A stretch of 56,919 bases of DNA, taken from sequence record PV029746.1. The stretch is one strand, 5' to 3'. Below the pieces are notes generated by a model. The model made no database searches and had not been told where the DNA came from. It saw only the letters and a program-made list of their open reading frames with translations. The stretch's first letter is position 1. Each line of letters opens with the position of its first letter. This document shows positions 19,846 through 29,882 of the stretch, piece by piece. Source of the stretch: Pseudomonas phage Phipami28. A program made the position numbers and the translations under genes.

Positions 19846-22042
19846 CAAAGCGCAAACGATGGGCTACCGCTACTACATGGGTATTCTCATGGGGTTTGCG
19901 AGAGGTCCGCTGGACGAAATGGTCGAGATCAAGGCCGGTGACCGTACCGCTTGGAAGGGTTCGGTGATGAGTAACCAGACCATCCAGATCCAGGCCGGTG
20001 AGTTGTTCGGGGGGGATAAGGCCGAGGGTGGCATCGCCGGGCCACTGGACGTCATGTTCGGCGCCCCGGGGCAGCCGGTGAATCCTCGCCTGGCGGCGAT
20101 GGTGGGTGGCTTGGTGCCTGCGTTCCGCGGCGTCACCACTGCTTTCTTCGACGGGCAACTCTGCGCGATGAACAGGTACCCGAAGGCCTGGATGAGCCGG
20201 TGGCGACGAGCGCTCAACGGATGGGACGGTGGAACCTGGTATCCCGAGAAAGCAGTGATCAGCCTGGCCGGCGACCAGGTGAAGGCGATGAACCCCGCTC
20301 ACATCTTGTTCGAGTGCCAGACCAACCGCGACTGGGGCCGGGGCAAGGATCGCGGCCTGCTGGACCAGGCGTCGTATCGCACGGCCGCAGATACGTTGTT
20401 CGCCGAGGGCTTTGGTCTGTGCCTCAAGTTTCGCGTGGCAGACGAGCTGGACAACTTCGAGCAGACCGTCCTGGATCACATCGGTGCCACCCAGTTCCTT
20501 TCTCGATCGACCGGACTCTGGACGCTGCGGCTGATCCGTGACGACTACGACGTCGCGACGCTGCCCGTATTCGATGAGGACAGCGGGCTGCTCGGGATCG
20601 ACGACGACAGCATCACATCGCTCGACGGCACGGCGAACCAGTTCGTCGTCGTCTGGCATGACCCCATCACAAACACCGACCGGCGTGCCCGTGCGAAGAA
20701 TGCCGGCGCGATCCGCGCGGCCGGCGGCGTGATAACGACGACGAAGGAGTATCCGGGCCTACCGACCGGCGAGTTGGCCGGCAGGGTGGCGGCGCGCGAC
20801 TGCAACGTGTCGACGTCGGCTATCCGCAAGCTCCAGGTGCGGCTCGATCGGCGCGCATATGCGCTGAACCCTGGCGACGTGTTCTGCGTTCGCAGCCGGA
20901 AGCGCGGGATCGAACTGATCGTCCTGAGGGCCGGCAAGATCGACTATGGCACCCTCACGAAGGGCACCATCGCCATCACCGCGCTGGAAGACGTGTTCGG
21001 ACTGCCGGCAGCCGGGACGTCCGCAGTCCAGCCGCCGAACTGGACCCCGCCCGACCGCACCCCGCGGGTCATTGCGACCCGCCGGCTCATCGAGGCGCCG
21101 TACCGCGACCTCGCGGCGGCACTGAGCGATGCGGATCTCGCCCAACTGCAGCCCGAGACGGGTGTCCTCGCCGTGGTGGGCATGCGGCCGTCCGGCCTGC
21201 AGATGAACTACGCGCTGCTCAGCCGCGTGGGGTCTGCACCATTCGACGAGCGGACGTCCGGCGACTTCTGCCCGGTCGCGACGATCTCAGCAGATATCGG
21301 CCGGGGCCTGACCAGCGTCAGCGTCACGCTTGTCCAAGGGGTTGATCTTGACCTCGTCGAGGTGGGCTCGGCCGCGATGATCGATGACGAGATCTTCCGC
21401 GTCGACGCGATCAACGCCGCGGCCGGCACCGCGGTGCTCGCGCGGGGATGTGTCGATACGCTGCCAGCGCCGCATGAGGCCGGCGCGCTGATCTGGTTCT
21501 ATGAAGACTGGACGGCTGAGGACACGCGTGAGTACGTGACCGGCGAGACGGTGCAAGTAAAGCTGCTGAGCCGTACCAGCTCGGCGACGCTCGCAGAGAA
21601 CCTGGCACCGGTCGACTCACTGCGAATGAACCAGCGCCAGGCGCGGCCCTATGCGCCAGGCCGCGTGCTTGTGTGCGGTGTTGCGTATCCGACTAAGACC
21701 TACGGTGTGCTGACCGTGTCTTGGGCGCACCGCAACCGGCTGCTGCAGGCCGACCAACTGGTTGACTCGTCTGCGAGCAGCATTTCGCTGGAGGCTGGCA
21801 CGACATACACGCTGAGCATCTACAGCGGCACAAGCCTGAAGAAGTCGTACACCGGCCTCACCGGCACGACCTGGACTTACCCGGTCGAGGACGACATAGC
21901 GCACGGGCTGCTGCCGGTGCTGCGCATCGTGCTGTTCATCGTTCGCGACGGTCTGCAGAGCTGGCAGCAGCACGACATCACAATCGAACGACACGGCCTT
22001 GGCTTCCGCCTCGGCGAGGAACTTGGAGGCGTAGCACAATGA
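19832..22042 (+). CDS. Central tail fiber / host specificity protein
   Basis: 736 aa. ATG at 19832 in frame with the track ORF that starts at 19700. Largest distal tail gene. Confidence 0.5.
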   Translation: MGGRSKAQTMGYRYYMGILMGFARGPLDEMVEIKAGDRTAWKGSVMSNQTIQIQAGELFGGDKAEGGIAGPLDVMFGAPGQPVNPRLAAMVGGLVPAFRGVTTAFFDGQLCAMNRYPKAWMSRWRRALNGWDGGTWYPEKAVISLAGDQVKAMNPAHILFECQTNRDWGRGKDRGLLDQASYRTAADTLFAEGFGLCLKFRVADELDNFEQTVLDHIGATQFLSRSTGLWTLRLIRDDYDVATLPVFDEDSGLLGIDDDSITSLDGTANQFVVVWHDPITNTDRRARAKNAGAIRAAGGVITTTKEYPGLPTGELAGRVAARDCNVSTSAIRKLQVRLDRRAYALNPGDVFCVRSRKRGIELIVLRAGKIDYGTLTKGTIAITALEDVFGLPAAGTSAVQPPNWTPPDRTPRVIATRRLIEAPYRDLAAALSDADLAQLQPETGVLAVVGMRPSGLQMNYALLSRVGSAPFDERTSGDFCPVATISADIGRGLTSVSVTLVQGVDLDLVEVGSAAMIDDEIFRVDAINAAAGTAVLARGCVDTLPAPHEAGALIWFYEDWTAEDTREYVTGETVQVKLLSRTSSATLAENLAPVDSLRMNQRQARPYAPGRVLVCGVAYPTKTYGVLTVSWAHRNRLLQADQLVDSSASSISLEAGTTYTLSIYSGTSLKKSYTGLTGTTWTYPVEDDIAHGLLPVLRIVLFIVRDGLQSWQQHDITIERHGLGFRLGEELGGVAQ

Positions 22043-23187
22043 CTCTTTATATGGGACCGAATACCGGCCTGCTGATCAATGGCTTGCCGGGAGAAGGGCA
22101 TTACAGCGATCTGATTCGGATGTGGCGCTGGGACGACTTCCTCCGCCAGCCGGTCGTCAAGGGGCGCGTCGCCTCGTTGCCCACAAGCGGCCAGGCCGAG
22201 GGCGACACTTACATTTTCACCGGCAGCGGCGCGAACCAGAACCGAATTGCACGCTGGTGGGCAACGGGTGCGACGACGCCCATTTGGGAGTACATGCCGC
22301 CACGACTGGGCTGGCGGGTGCAGGTTGCGAACGAGACGACGCCGAGCGGCCAGGTCAAGACCTACGAGTATTCCGGCAGCGCCTGGACTGAGCTGGTGGG
22401 CGGTATGTCGGACGCGCCTAGCGACGGAAAGGCATATGCCCGCGAAAGCGGCGCCTGGACTGAGCTGGGATCTGCCGCGAAGTCGGCACTCAACGTTCTG
22501 CCGTTCATGAACCTGATGCCCGACATGGGGCGCTTCGCGGGAACCGCAGCCAATCCGCTGAATACGATGTTCACAACGTCATGGACTCCAAGCACCTTCA
22601 TCAATGGCTGGAACGGCGCGGCCCTCGCAGATGGGGGCAAGTTCTCGTTCGACAACAGCACGAACGGCGGGGCGGGGCCGGCGCTCAATGCGAGGGTACA
22701 GGCACTTCTCACGGCAATGGGCCGCACCTGGACATCGGTTTCAAGGTACGGCGTCGAGTTCTTCACCACCGTTCTGACGGCGGGATCGCAGACAACAACC
22801 GGCTCGGCCGGCGCGGATGGGGTTACGCGCTATCTGTGCTGCTCCAACGGCAGTAAGACAGTTTTCAACGCGGGCGCGTGGGCGACGGTGGTCATGTGGC
22901 TGCGAGTCGAAAGCGGCTCAGCTCATATCTCGTCGGCGCCTTATACGACCCATCGCCTTTGGATCAATGGCGCTGTTGCTGCTCCAGGGGTTGTGCTGCC
23001 GGCAGGCCAATGGGTGCATCTGCGATTCTCGATGCAGTCATATAACGGCTATGACAACGCGTGTCCGTACATCTACGCATCCGCAGGGGCTCAGATCGCG
23101 TTTGCATGCCCGGCGTGGTTCGGTGGCCTCGTCGATCCGGGTATCCACGTTGCACCCATCCTGACAATCAACGGAGCAAGCGCATGA
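22039..23187 (+). CDS. Tail fiber-like / receptor-binding protein
   Basis: 382 aa, Gly/Ala/Thr-rich. Translationally coupled to the upstream gene. Confidence 0.4.
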   Translation: MTLYMGPNTGLLINGLPGEGHYSDLIRMWRWDDFLRQPVVKGRVASLPTSGQAEGDTYIFTGSGANQNRIARWWATGATTPIWEYMPPRLGWRVQVANETTPSGQVKTYEYSGSAWTELVGGMSDAPSDGKAYARESGAWTELGSAAKSALNVLPFMNLMPDMGRFAGTAANPLNTMFTTSWTPSTFINGWNGAALADGGKFSFDNSTNGGAGPALNARVQALLTAMGRTWTSVSRYGVEFFTTVLTAGSQTTTGSAGADGVTRYLCCSNGSKTVFNAGAWATVVMWLRVESGSAHISSAPYTTHRLWINGAVAAPGVVLPAGQWVHLRFSMQSYNGYDNACPYIYASAGAQIAFACPAWFGGLVDPGIHVAPILTINGASA

Positions 23188-23474
23188 CCATGAAACGAGT
23201 TCTACTGAAAGGCGAGTTCTTCGCGGAATGGGATGGCACGCTGGACGAGGCCGCAGCACTCGCTGGCGTCCCGGTCGGCGACCTGGCGTTCCACCCGGAT
23301 GATGTGCTCGCCGAGGTCAAGGAGCTACGCCGCCAGGCCTATCGCACCGAGTCTGACCCGCTGCGCCTGGAGGCCGAGTTTGACGCCATCGCCGCTGGCT
23401 CCGAGCCGGATCTGGCGGCATGGGTCGCGGCCGTGCAGGCGATCAAGGCGCGGTATCCACTTCCCTCGGAGTAA
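23184..23474 (+). CDS. Small tail-region protein
   Basis: 96 aa. ATGA overlap with the upstream stop. The track start at 23061 lies inside the previous gene. Confidence 0.35.
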   Translation: MTMKRVLLKGEFFAEWDGTLDEAAALAGVPVGDLAFHPDDVLAEVKELRRQAYRTESDPLRLEAEFDAIAAGSEPDLAAWVAAVQAIKARYPLPSE

Positions 23475-23478
23475 AGAG

Positions 23479-23520
23479 AGGGCGCCTCGTAGGGGAGCGG
23501 CAACTCCCGTCCGAGGCGTC
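23479..23520 (+). terminator. Long imperfect hairpin between the tail module and the com/dam module
   Basis: GGCGCCTCG...CGAGGCGTC outer arms with an inner GGGGAG/CTCCCG pair. Confidence 0.3.
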
Positions 23521-23603
23521 GACCAGCAGAGACAGCCTGCAAGCCAACCGAGGCCCTCCCACTCTCGCGAGAGCTGGGCGAGCCTAGCAAAACTGAAAAG
23601 GCT

Positions 23604-23804
23604 TTGCAGAGGATGAAAGACATACGTTGTGGCGGCTGCAACCGCCTGCTGGCCCGCGCCGGCCAATTCGATCAAATCCAAATCAAGTGTCCCCGGTGCG
23701 GGACCTTGAATCACCTGAAGGCCGAGAGCCTCCTGATAGCGCCGCTGAGCGCCCCATGCCGTCAGGAGGCATCATGTCCGCCCAACCCATCATTCCCTGG
23801 ATAG
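23604..23804 (+). CDS. com: Com-like zinc-finger translational regulator (Mu com homolog)
   Basis: MKDIRCGGCNRLL...FDQIQIKCPRCG aligns with Mu Com (MKSIRCKNCNKLL...FDHIEIRCPRCK). Overlaps the start of the downstream methylase as com overlaps mom in Mu. Confidence 0.6.
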   Translation: MQRMKDIRCGGCNRLLARAGQFDQIQIKCPRCGTLNHLKAESLLIAPLSAPCRQEASCPPNPSFPG

Positions 23805-24568
23805 GGGGTAAACGTCGGCTCGCCGATCGGATCTTTCAGTTGTTCCCACGCCACTCCTGCTATGTGGAGCCGTTCGCAGGAGGAGCTGCTCTGTTTTTCC
23901 TCCGCCCGGTGCCGGCAGAGGTTGAGGTTCTCAACGACGTCAACGGCGACTTGGTCAATCTGTACCGGGTCGTTCAGCACCACCTGGAGGAGTTCGTCCG
24001 TCAATTCAAATGGGCACTCAGTTCTCGCCAGGTATTCAAGTGGCTGCAGGAGACGCGCGTGGAGACCCTGACCGACATCCAACGCGCGGCCAGGTTCTAC
24101 TACCTGCAGCAGAGCGCCTTCGGCGGGCGTGTGGATTGCCAAAGTTACGGAACGGCCACCACGCAGCCGCCAGGTCTCAACCTGCTGCGGATCGAGGAGG
24201 CGCTCTCTGCCGCTCATCTGCGCCTGAGCAACACATACATCGAGCATCTGACCTGGCAGGACTGCCTGAAGCGCTACGACCGCGAGCACACGCTCTTCTA
24301 CATGGACCCACCATACTGGGAGACAGAGGGCTACGGCGTGCCGTTCGGCTTCGAGCAATACCTGGAGATGGCTGAGATGCTGAAGCGGTTGAAGGGGAAG
24401 GCAATCATCAGCCTGAACGACCATCCAGATATCCGGCGCTGCTTTGCCGACTATCACATCGAGACGACGGACATCCGGTACACGGTCGGAGGTGGCAAGG
24501 GGAGTGACGCACGGGAGGTTCTGATCTTCAGCTGGGATATCCAGGCGGAACCCGCCGGGCTATTCTGA
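23774..24568 (+). CDS. dam: DNA adenine methyltransferase (Dam / D12-class N6-A MTase)
   Basis: ATG at 23774 preceded by AGGAGG. MDPPYW (DPPY) catalytic motif and FxGG motif. The ORF track's earlier start at 23627 is probably not used. Confidence 0.8.
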   Translation: MSAQPIIPWIGGKRRLADRIFQLFPRHSCYVEPFAGGAALFFLRPVPAEVEVLNDVNGDLVNLYRVVQHHLEEFVRQFKWALSSRQVFKWLQETRVETLTDIQRAARFYYLQQSAFGGRVDCQSYGTATTQPPGLNLLRIEEALSAAHLRLSNTYIEHLTWQDCLKRYDREHTLFYMDPPYWETEGYGVPFGFEQYLEMAEMLKRLKGKAIISLNDHPDIRRCFADYHIETTDIRYTVGGGKGSDAREVLIFSWDIQAEPAGLF

Positions 24569-26725
24569 GGCGGCCAGACACGCAGCTTCGCCTACGACCT
24601 CAACGACAATCCGGTCGGCGAAACCAACCCGCGCCAGTTCGCCCACAGCCAGGCCTTCGACGCCCTCGACCGGCTGGTCGGCCAGAGCGATCCCCTCGGC
24701 GGCAAGACCCAACTCGCCTACGACGCCCAGGACAACCTCACCGAGGTCAAGGACCCGCGCGGCGTCACCGCCCGCTACGAATACGACGGGCTCGGCAACC
24801 TGACCCGACTGGTCAGCCCGGACAGCGGCACCACCACCTTCGAGCACGACGCCGCCGGTAACGTCATCCGCCGCACCGACGCTCGCGGTACGGTCACCGA
24901 GTATCGCTACGACGCCCTCAATCGCCTGATCGAGCGCCGCTCGCCGAGCGACCCGAGCCTCGACGTACAGTACCGCTACGACCTCACCGCCGACGGCAAC
25001 CAGGGCATCGGCCGCCTGGGCTCCATCGAAGGCGCTCGCGACAGCCTGGTGTACCGCTACGACGAGCGCGGCAACCTGGTCGAGCAGGTGCGCAGCATCC
25101 GCCTCGACCAGCAGACCCTGCTCGACCGCGTGACCTACCGCTACGACGCGGCCAACCAACTGCTGGAGATCGGCTACCCCTCCGGCCTCGCCATCGGCTA
25201 CCCGCGCAACGCCGGCGGCCAGGTCGCCAGCGTGACCCTGGCAGTAGGCGACAAGGCGCCGAGCACCCTGGTCGGGCAGATCGCCTACCTGCCCTTCGGC
25301 CCGCTGCTGCGCCTGACCTGGGGCAACGGCATCGCCCTCAGCCGCGAGTATGACCAGGACTACCAACTGCTGCGGCAGAAGGTCGGCCCCTGGCAGAGCG
25401 ACTATCAGCACGATGCCAATGGCAATATCCAGCAGCACCGCCACAGCCTCTGGGGCACCCTGGACTACCAGTACGACCCGCTGGACCGCCTGACCGAGGA
25501 ACGCGGCGTCCAGGGCGGGCGCAGCTATGCCTACGACGCGGTCGGCAACCGCACCCAACGCAGCGACAACCCCGCCTCAGGCGGCACCTCCAGCAGCCAG
25601 GACTACCAGTACGCGCCCGACAGTAACCGATTGACCGCCATCGGCGCGCAAGCGGTGACGAGCGACGCCGCCGGCAACCTCACCCAGGACCGCGCCGCGC
25701 GCAAACTGGCCTACGACGCCCAGGGCCGCCTGCAAAGCGTCAGCCGCGACGGCCAGCAGGTCGCCGAATACCGCTACAACGCCCTCGGCCAACGCATCGT
25801 CAAGCTCACCGCCGAGAGCGTCACCACCTACCTCTACGGTCCCGACGGCCAGTTGCTCGGCGAAGCCGAACACGACGGCAGCGGCCGGAAACTGCGAGCC
25901 CAGTATTACCTGTGGCTGGACAGCCTGCCGCTGGCCACCATCGACGCCGACTACGACGCCCAGGGCAAGGTCGGCAACCCGACCCTGCTCTACCTCCATG
26001 GCGACCACCTCGACACCCCGCGCCTGGCCACCGACGCCAGCGGCCAGATCGCCTGGCAGTGGCAGTCCGACGCCTTCGGCCGCGGCGAAGCGCTGAGCCA
26101 GGGCAGCACCCAGGTCAACCTGCGCTTCCCCGGGCAGTACTACGATGCGGAGAGCGGGCTGCATTACAACTACTTCCGCGACTATGATCCAGAGACTGGG
26201 CGGTATGTGGAGAGTGATCCGATTGGGTTGGTAGGAGGATTAAATACATATGGATATGTAGAGGGAAATCCACTCGGACTTTCAGATCCACTAGGACTGG
26301 CTCCAGGGGATATGTTTGCAACAGAGGCTGCGGCACGAGCAGATGCTCTTGCTTATCAGGAATCTGTGAACAGTAGCATTGATAGATGGCTATGGGGGAA
26401 TATGGTCTATGGCTTCCGTGTGTTTAAAGCCTCCGATTGCCTTTGGACCTACGAAGTACAGACCCCAGTCTTGGGAATTGCGCCTCCACTTGGCCCCAAA
26501 GGTCCTTGGAAAGTCAACAAGCCAGGAGTTTCAGGAAAGGCAGGAGCTAAAGACGTTCCAAGCTGGGCAAAAGGGGATAGGCCATATCAAGGCGAATCAG
26601 GGAAAGACTTTGCCAAACGCATCATGGATCAAAAATATGGCAAAGGTAACTGGAAAGACGGACCAGGCTCTGAATACAACCAGATCAAAAAGTGGGGTGA
26701 CAGATCGTTCATAGACCCCAAGTAA
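24569..26725 (+). pseudogene. rhs: N-terminally truncated Rhs/YD-repeat protein 3' fragment with C-terminal toxin domain
   Basis: Open frame begins at the Dam stop codon with no start codon for 480 nt. Repeated YRYD/YxYDxxGN YD repeats. Rhs core-terminating motif DPIGL...NPLGLSDPLGL at ~26200-26300, then a ~147-aa low-GC tail. Confidence 0.6.
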
Positions 26726-26741
26726 TCAAACTCCTGAAGAA

Positions 26742-26990
26742 ATGGAGGCACTGATGGATAACGTATTCATACTCCACCATACATACGGAGACTCTGAAAG
26801 TGAAAGCTATAAGCTTCTAGGAGTATTCAGCACAGAGGATAGGGCAAACTCAGAGATCCCCAAATACCTAAAGCTCCCAGGGTTCAAAGAGTTCCCTGAC
26901 GGATTTACTGTAACCAAATACTCCCTTGATGAACCACATTGGTTAAGCGGCTTCGAAGGAGCACAGTCTAGCGCTATAGAAGATAAGTAA
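26742..26990 (+). CDS. Putative Rhs-toxin immunity protein
   Basis: 82 aa ORF 16 nt downstream of the rhs stop, in the same low-GC block. Confidence 0.4.
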   Translation: MEALMDNVFILHHTYGDSESESYKLLGVFSTEDRANSEIPKYLKLPGFKEFPDGFTVTKYSLDEPHWLSGFEGAQSSAIEDK

Positions 26991-27127
26991 TAGAATAGAT
27001 CCGGGAAGCCTTGGTCGATCTGTTGAAATACAGTTCTCGCTGAATCTGAGCCTTGCCGCATAACCCAGATGAGTTTTCCAATGCCGGGTACGACCAGCTT
27101 GCAAGCATGCTGGTCGGCTCGGCTCAG

Positions 27128-27409
27128 TCAAACCTCGATATCGAACTGGGGTAGCTGCGGCGCCGGCCCGGTCACCAGGCCATCGCTGATGAACGCCATC
27201 TGCCCGGCCGGCACTGCCGTGCCCCGGGCCGCGATCACGACGTTGTTTCGCAGGCGGACGCGGCAGGTGCCGGCGCCCTCGTCGACGTCGATCACCTCCC
27301 CCACCGTGCGCGCGCCGCCCGGTAAGAGCCCGATGAACCGACGCCAGGGGTTGACCGTCGCCATCAGGAACCTCCCGGATAGTGGCGCTCGATGCGCAGG
27401 GTCTGCCAC
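27128..27409 (-). pseudogene. Phage baseplate spike gpV-like N-terminal fragment (remnant)
   Basis: VIDVDEGAGTCRVRLRNN resembles the P2 gpV N-terminus (IVETDLNAGRCRVQTGG). Only 93 aa, with no continuation downstream. Confidence 0.3.
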
Positions 27410-27645
27410 ACGCGGCTAGCCCCTACCCCCTCGGCCGAGATATCGGTGGCCAGGCAGAGACCGCGCCACGTCGCCTGTTCGTCCCTCACCTCGACCAGCA
27501 TTCCAGGCTGCACCAGGCCCGGTACCCCATCATCCTTCTGGAACAGCGGGATACGGCGCGTCTCGATCGCCTGGTTGCCTCCCTTCGACAACTCGCAGAT
27601 CCCGCGCGAGCGCGCCACCTCGGTGCCGGTCATCCAGTCCTCCAT
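27364..27645 (-). pseudogene. Phage tail-gene remnant
   Basis: 93 aa ORF overlapping the gpV-like fragment. No intact phage module around it. Confidence 0.2.
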
Positions 27646-28109
27646 GACGTCGGGCGCCGACTCCTCGCCGGCGGTAGTGGTTCATGGTGGTCGGCGAGGC
27701 CTGGCGCAAGGTGGGCAACTATCCGGCCCTTACGCTCTCCGGCCTGGTCGCTGTGCTGCCCGAGGTGATCGCCCGGCTGACGGCTGATCCGGCAGCCTCG
27801 AAGGTGGTCGACTGGACCAGATGCTGGAGTGGCAACTGCGGGCTGTCGGCCAAGCGCAAGGCCTCAGCCAAGTCGATGACCCGGCCCAGCCGAGGCATTG
27901 CCTGTCACTCTGTGACAGGTCCGTGACGGATCACCATCACGCCCACATCGGGAGCGACCAGCTCGCCAGAGGCCGGGCAATTCTGCGGGCTCAGCATGGC
28001 CTCAAAATTGAGGACATGATTATTACGAAAGTTTCGTAATACCCAAATCTGGAGGACTTGAGCGCGCGGGGACAAGCGTACGTGCGGCGTCCGACTGGTG
28101 CGCAGGTCC

Positions 28110-28131
28110 AAACCGGCGATTTGCCGGTTTT
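28110..28131 (+). terminator. Rho-independent terminator-like hairpin
   Basis: AAACCGGC gattt GCCGGTTTT. Confidence 0.35.
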
Positions 28132-28343
28132 ACTGGGGTAGCGTTCTTCGACCCCAAGGGCATAGCGAGACGCGACCCCCTTTTGCTGTTGCTGGACAAT
28201 CCGGCATCAAACCGCCGTGGACTCGGTTCGAGACTTCAGCAAGCGGTGCAGTATCGTCCACCGTCGTTGGTTCGGCCCCTGCGAGGTAAAACCGGCTGGG
28301 AGCAGGTTTGAATGGGTGATGACGGAGAGGGGCGGCTGCGAGC

Positions 28344-28892
28344 ATGCTTGCCCAACAGCCTCCAGGGCATATGGGGAATCTACTGATGGACCGGAGTTAC
28401 ACCACTTACTACTTGGAAATGACCTCGGCTGCCGCGCTGAGAGCAAAGCCACAGCCGCACGATCTTCAGATCATCGAATGTGAAGTGCCTCAGGCAGCAT
28501 TGAATCGGTTTCTCTACGAACTGGTTGGAACGCCCTGGGAATGGGGAGATCTGGATGCCTGGAGCGATACCGATTGGCAGGCACTTGTCGAGCAGGACTG
28601 CCATCGGACCTGGGTCGCCTATCACCGCGGGGCAATCGCTGGCTACTACGAACTGTACCGGCCTGACGGCTGCAACACCGAAATCCGTTACTTCGGGCTG
28701 GCATCTCAGTTTCTAGGGCACGGCTTCGGCGGTGCGCTGTTGAGCCATGCCATCGAATCAGCATGGCAATGGCCTGGTACAACGCGGGTATGGGTGCATA
28801 CCTGTACATTTGACCATCCGGCTGCACTTGGAAACTATCAGGCGCGCGGCTTTCGCATTTTCAAGCAGGAGGAAACGGAGCTAAGCCAATGA
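28344..28892 (+). CDS. GNAT family N-acetyltransferase
   Basis: GHGFGGALL acetyl-CoA-binding motif. ~180 aa. Confidence 0.7.
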   Translation: MLAQQPPGHMGNLLMDRSYTTYYLEMTSAAALRAKPQPHDLQIIECEVPQAALNRFLYELVGTPWEWGDLDAWSDTDWQALVEQDCHRTWVAYHRGAIAGYYELYRPDGCNTEIRYFGLASQFLGHGFGGALLSHAIESAWQWPGTTRVWVHTCTFDHPAALGNYQARGFRIFKQEETELSQ

Positions 28893-29478
28893 CCTATCTC
28901 GCCGTTCTCTGCTGGTTATGGCCACGCAGTGTGATGGTCTGATCCGATGCAAATGATGGGGCAAGTCGAATGCAATCAGGTGGTCAAGTATGTGCCATTG
29001 CACACCTTGTTCAAACCAACCGGCTGCAAGTCAGGGCTTCAGCCAATGGCGAGTGCATCCGGAACTGGAGGGATCATCTCTGTTGGAACATCTCCGGATA
29101 GCCGGGTATGTAACTGCGGAGCGGCCCGCTCGCGCTCTTCAAAGGACCCTAGCCGTCCAGTTCGTACGGATAACTTGAGGTCTACATGAGAGGTTTCTCG
29201 GCAACTGCCAGTTCCGGTTTCTCCTGAAAGCATGGCTGCTAGCGAGAACCGGAAGCGCCTACCCCTTGGTTGTTGTATTGAATCGACGAAAGCCAGCAAC
29301 GACGTGGGTTACAGCGCTACGACTAAACAACAACCAACCCCCGAAAAATTTCATATGTAGAGCGAGACCGAGGTTCGAATTACCCTCTCCAAGGACCACG
29401 CTTCAGGGGCCCCCGGTGCTTTTCGGGTAGCACGTCACTCGCCCGCTTGGTTCCAGTCCATGGGCTTGCCCTTACGGG

Positions 29479-29778
29479 TTAGCCATCTGTGTCTTCATCC
29501 TCATTTTCGTAATAGTCCTCAAGCTCCTTGGCCAAGTCGTGGCCTTTCCAGGTCAAATGGAACACCTGCTTACCGTCTGGTGCGGCTTCCGTGGAGCGAA
29601 TGAAGCCCTCTCCCTCGAGTAGTTTGAGATAGTGCTCGAACTCGTCGTCCGGCATTTTCCCCAGCAACTCCTCCTTCGAGTAGCTACCCTTGAGCCCGCG
29701 GAGATCGACAGGTTTGTAGAACTCGTAGGCGCGGAGCCCCTCGAGGATGACGAACGCTTTCTGTTTGTCACGGATCAT
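29479..29778 (-). CDS. Hypothetical protein with winged-helix-like core and acidic tail
   Basis: 99 aa. C-terminal EDYYENEDEDTDG. Confidence 0.3.
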   Translation of the reverse strand: MIRDKQKAFVILEGLRAYEFYKPVDLRGLKGSYSKEELLGKMPDDEFEHYLKLLEGEGFIRSTEAAPDGKQVFHLTWKGHDLAKELEDYYENEDEDTDG

Positions 29779-29882
29779 CTCTTTTCCTTATGGTTCGGTG
29801 TTGGTTTCAGTTCGCATGGTGCCGCAGATAAGGTGATCGAAGAAGCCCCCGCCGGGAAGGTGCCGGCGGGGTACGGCGTCAG

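Larger units (their letters stand above)
1..24575 (+). mobile_element. Partial B3/Mu-like transposable prophage (late region: packaging, head, siphovirus tail, com/dam), right end near 24566-24580
   Basis: Contiguous co-oriented genes for DUF3486, TerL, DUF935 portal, Mu F/G/I/T-like head proteins, G/GT chaperone, tape measure, tail proteins, then a com-like gene and Dam methylase in the mom position. An rhs reading frame begins immediately after the Dam stop. Confidence 0.6.

Noticed and set aside
24480-24580. Searched the prophage-1 right end for the inverse of the prophage-2 left-end repeat (TATCCCAC)
   Set aside because: Only a direct-orientation TGGGATAT inside a near-palindrome (CTGGGATATCCAGG, 24531-24544) is present. 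A single 8-mer match is expected by chance in 57 kb, so the exact right terminus cannot be pinned from sequence alone.
29360-29400. tRNA-like T-loop motif GGTTCGAATTACC near the island's left side
   Set aside because: No acceptor, D or anticodon stems can be built around it. It is not a direct repeat of the 36316-36343 fragment and is probably coincidental.
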